In this document: positions 31,421-34,321 of the stretch, piece after piece | How the letters are laid out: the number at the start of each line of letters is the position of its first letter | Position numbering within the stretch: the first letter of the stretch is position 1 | NCBI GenBank assembly: GCA_018302685.1 | Contig: JAGVZK010000009.1 | Coordinates: 1-34,321, forward strand | From: Candidatus Woesearchaeota archaeon | Lineage (GTDB): Archaea > Nanobdellota > Nanobdellia > SCGC-AAA011-G17 > GW2011-AR20 | DNA: 34,321 nt | Direction of reading: 5' to 3' | Notes under the pieces: model-generated | The model's input: only the letters and a program-made list of their open reading frames with translations | Database searches by the model: none | What the model was told of the DNA's origin: nothing | Position numbers and translations under genes: made by a program

Positions 31421-33309
31421 ATCTTTTAAAAATGGGAAAGAAGGGGCAGGTGACTATGTTTATTATTCTGGGAATTGTGATAGTTGCAGCTGTAGCCTCG
31501 ATTTTTGTGTTTAAGGATTACCTCATAAAGAATGAATTTGAAAGAGAGGCCGCAAAACTTGATTTAGGGGAAGAGGCAGTGCCTGTTTATAACTACTTCA
31601 AGGACTGCATTGCAGACATTGCATTTGATGGGATTGATATAATGGCGTCCCAAGGAGGATATCTTGAAATCCCAGACTATAATTATCCGATAGATCCAGC
31701 GCTGCCGTTTTCAAATAAATTGGAGGTCTTTGGAAATTCAGGGCTTGAAGTTCCATACTGGTTCTATGAGACAAGCAACGGGATACAGGAGCTGCAGATT
31801 CCAACTGTTGATGAAATGGAGAGCAGCCTTAATATTTACATTGAGAATAACGTCTTTGAGTGCACTAATAACTTCACTTTATTTGAAGAGTACAGCGTGA
31901 GGGGATTTGACAACTTAGATGTTATAACAAATATTGAGGATGATAAGGTCTACATCAAGGCTGTTACTGAACTGACTTTGGACAACAAGGGTGTTGAGCA
32001 GAAAATAGAGAATGTCTATGCTGTTTTGGACACTGATTTTGGAAGATTGTACAATGAGGCAAATAATATATTTGATGAGCTTTATCACAGCAACTTCACA
32101 GAGGAAAAAACAATTGATATGCTTGTTCTTTACGACGAGCTTCCATTTTCATTTACTGAATTCAGCTGCGAAAGAAAAATTTGGAGCAAGAAGAAAGTGA
32201 TTGAAGACTTCAAGAAAATTCTGGAATTGAACACATTTAAGTATGGAAGCAAGGAAAACAAGTACTTCTCCATTGATGCAGATTATGAGAGTGAGGTTTC
32301 ATTCAGCTACAACAGGGAGTGGCCAACAGACATTGAAGTCGTTGATGAAGAGGAAATACTTAAGGGAAATGAGATTACTGGAAATTCGCTTGCGGGCTCG
32401 TTTTTGAGAAGCGTGCTCTGCGTCAATGACTACAAATTCATTTACAATGTCAAGTATCCTGTTATGGTAAAACTTAGCTCCGACGTTGATTTCATATTTG
32501 CATATCAGACTTTGATAAAGCACAACCAGGCCAAGAATAATCTTGTTCAGGGCACGCTGAAGGCACAGGAGAGTCAGCTATGTTTAAATAAAATAATGCC
32601 AACACAGGTGAATACAAATGTAGGGAATGCAGAAATCAACTTCAAATGTTTTGACACTACGTGCGACATAGGCTTCACAGATTCAAGCGGATATTTATTT
32701 GATAATTTCCCCCAGTGCATGAATGGGCTGATAATTGCCCAGAAGGATGGGTACAAAAAAGCTGAGCTGTTAACATCCACAAACAGAGAAACCCAGAACA
32801 TCCTGCTCCTTGATAAGATCAGCAGTATAAACTTTGAAATCAGGATAATTGAAAATGGGGTTGAGAGGGGCATTCTTGATGACGAAGATGCAATAATCTT
32901 ACTCAAACAAGAAGATTATTCAACCTCACTGGAAAAAGGATCTGAAGCAGTTGAACTTGCTGAGGGAATCTATGAAGTTTCAAGCATAATCACAAAAAAC
33001 AAAAAAATTAATATTCCAAAACAAAACATAAGAGAGTGCACATCAGTTCCAAAACCAGGACTTTTGGGGTTGATATTCAATGAGGAGAGATGCATTGACA
33101 TTGACATAGGGGGATTTGATCTTGATGCTGTGGTCATCGGCGGCAATAACTTTGAATTTGACTTTAATCCTGATGACTCCAAGAGCAGTATTACATTTTA
33201 CATAAATGTTTATGGAATCCCAGACAACAATGAGGAAATCCAGGACATATTTGACAAAATAGAGGGAGGGTCTTTAATTAAAGACTTCAGGTATCCAAAA
33301 TATGAATAA
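31417..33309 (+). CDS. large extracellular protein with a class III (archaeal prepilin-type) signal peptide
   Basis: The N-terminus MNLLKMGKKGQVTMFIILGIVIVAAVASIFVF has a KKG-Q junction followed by a hydrophobic helix of about 22 aa, as in archaeal pilin-like proteins. The remainder is hydrophilic, contains Cys, and has no recognised domain. Confidence 0.75.
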   Translation: MNLLKMGKKGQVTMFIILGIVIVAAVASIFVFKDYLIKNEFEREAAKLDLGEEAVPVYNYFKDCIADIAFDGIDIMASQGGYLEIPDYNYPIDPALPFSNKLEVFGNSGLEVPYWFYETSNGIQELQIPTVDEMESSLNIYIENNVFECTNNFTLFEEYSVRGFDNLDVITNIEDDKVYIKAVTELTLDNKGVEQKIENVYAVLDTDFGRLYNEANNIFDELYHSNFTEEKTIDMLVLYDELPFSFTEFSCERKIWSKKKVIEDFKKILELNTFKYGSKENKYFSIDADYESEVSFSYNREWPTDIEVVDEEEILKGNEITGNSLAGSFLRSVLCVNDYKFIYNVKYPVMVKLSSDVDFIFAYQTLIKHNQAKNNLVQGTLKAQESQLCLNKIMPTQVNTNVGNAEINFKCFDTTCDIGFTDSSGYLFDNFPQCMNGLIIAQKDGYKKAELLTSTNRETQNILLLDKISSINFEIRIIENGVERGILDDEDAIILLKQEDYSTSLEKGSEAVELAEGIYEVSSIITKNKKINIPKQNIRECTSVPKPGLLGLIFNEERCIDIDIGGFDLDAVVIGGNNFEFDFNPDDSKSSITFYINVYGIPDNNEEIQDIFDKIEGGSLIKDFRYPKYE

Positions 33310-34321
33310 AAAAATAATTTCACTATTGATTGTAATCATGTTCCTTAGCAGTGATCTGGCTTTTGCAGCAAATAGCCTGCTTCCAATTCAACAAGAAGAT
33401 AATCAGGACTTATTTGGAAGAGAGCTGACAGGAGAGTCTATCTATGTTGAGGTTGCAGGCTATGAGCCAACCATAGTTCCTGCAAGTGTTTTGAACGACC
33501 AGAATGTTCCTGTTTATATTTATCTTAAAGGAACTACCTTGGGAGGAAGCATAGGATCTGATTTAGAACAGGCACCTCTCTATGGCTTGCCTAAGATTAA
33601 AAACATGCAGGTTATTCCCGTTGGTCCTGGATCTCAGTATGTTTCCGGAATAAATTATATAAAGCCGTTGAGAAGTGAATATACCTCTGATAATAGGTTT
33701 TATAATTTAGGATATTTGATTGTTAATTTGAAAAAAATAACAAATAACAACGATCTTCCTGATATGATTGACTTGAATTTAAGCGCAAGGATTGAGTTTG
33801 AACTTGATAATGCTTTTGGGGATTTTGGAGCACAAGATTTGGTTTTGGGGGAAAATTTGAATGAAGAACAATGGAAGACAAATCCCACTGGAAGCTTTTG
33901 GGGAAGAAGCGGCTATATTCGAGTTGAGAAAATTGATAATGGCAAAGCAGTAATTGTAGTTTATGATGGATTCTTGAGGCCAGTCAGCAAATTTACATTA
34001 GATGAAGATGATGAAAGTTATCCTATTTTATTAAGATATGGAGAGACGTTGCAGAACAACAGGTTTAGAGTTATGCTGAATAAAATAACAACTTACCAGG
34101 ATAAAGCTGAAATAGAAATAGTCAGAGACGGAAAAATTGAAACTAAATGGATCGTTGAAGGCTCTCCGATTTATTACGGTTCTAGCTGGGTTGTTAAGGA
34201 CATTAGAAAAGAGTTTGCTGGCAATCAACTTTATGAAATCGTTGATTTAGAGGATAATAAAGGAAATGTAAATACTCTGTATAGAACTTATGGAAGCAAA
34301 GGAGTTACCGTGGCTTTACCT
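33302..34321 (+). CDS. secreted hypothetical protein; C-terminus lies beyond the window edge (340 codons visible)
   Basis: Absent from the ORF track because it has no stop. ATG 33302 overlaps the upstream stop by 8 nt, and hand translation is open to nt 34321. The signal peptide is MNKKIISLLIVIMFLSSDLAFA, followed by ANS. Confidence 0.7.
   Translation, partial: MNKKIISLLIVIMFLSSDLAFAANSLLPIQQEDNQDLFGRELTGESIYVEVAGYEPTIVPASVLNDQNVPVYIYLKGTTLGGSIGSDLEQAPLYGLPKIKNMQVIPVGPGSQYVSGINYIKPLRSEYTSDNRFYNLGYLIVNLKKITNNNDLPDMIDLNLSARIEFELDNAFGDFGAQDLVLGENLNEEQWKTNPTGSFWGRSGYIRVEKIDNGKAVIVVYDGFLRPVSKFTLDEDDESYPILLRYGETLQNNRFRVMLNKITTYQDKAEIEIVRDGKIETKWIVEGSPIYYGSSWVVKDIRKEFAGNQLYEIVDLEDNKGNVNTLYRTYGSKGVTVALP

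Overview
This is a gene-dense, low-GC archaeal segment. Archaeal markers read directly from the translations are an M. jannaschii-like TyrRS, Hef, SRP54 plus FtsY, Bud32, ribosomal proteins S15 and S3Ae, a RecJ/DHH protein, and tRNAs with bulge-helix-bulge (BHB) introns. Small proteins, ATGA-type start/stop overlaps and many membrane or surface ORFans suggest a reduced-genome, DPANN-like archaeon; that is inference only. Layout, left to right: (1) a minus-strand type IV/Tad-like pilus operon (secretion ATPase, anchored repeat protein, 721-aa polytopic membrane protein, a 36-aa Flp-like mini-pilin missed by the ORF track, and an edge-truncated membrane protein); (2) two overlapping coiled-coil ORFs; (3) a PRC-barrel gene followed by three tandem paralogous membrane proteins; (4) TraB plus a degenerate M50-like membrane protein; (5) hef and an AsnA-like class II aaRS core, converging on an intact IS5-family element inserted exactly into their overlapping stop codons; (6) thpR, tyrS, an OB-fold protein and a DUF112-like permease; (7) ftsY, a Cys-rich triple-repeat secreted protein, a DUF5652-like protein, a decayed msrB pseudogene and srp54; (8) bud32, tRNA-Gln (one intron), S15, RecJ-like and S3Ae; (9) an AT-rich island with a 995-aa Upf1-like SF1 helicase fused to a DUF559/Vsr-type nuclease and a free-standing LAGLIDADG endonuclease, followed by tRNA-Thr (two introns), a zinc-ribbon mini-ORF and tRNA-Val; (10) a wHTH gene, a 630-aa protein with a class III (pilin-type) signal peptide, and an edge-truncated secreted protein. 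The best candidate for an undescribed system is the helicase-nuclease island, followed by the mini-pilin locus and the triplicated membrane-protein operon. No CRISPR array or rRNA was seen. All calls rest on by-eye motif recognition; no database search was possible.
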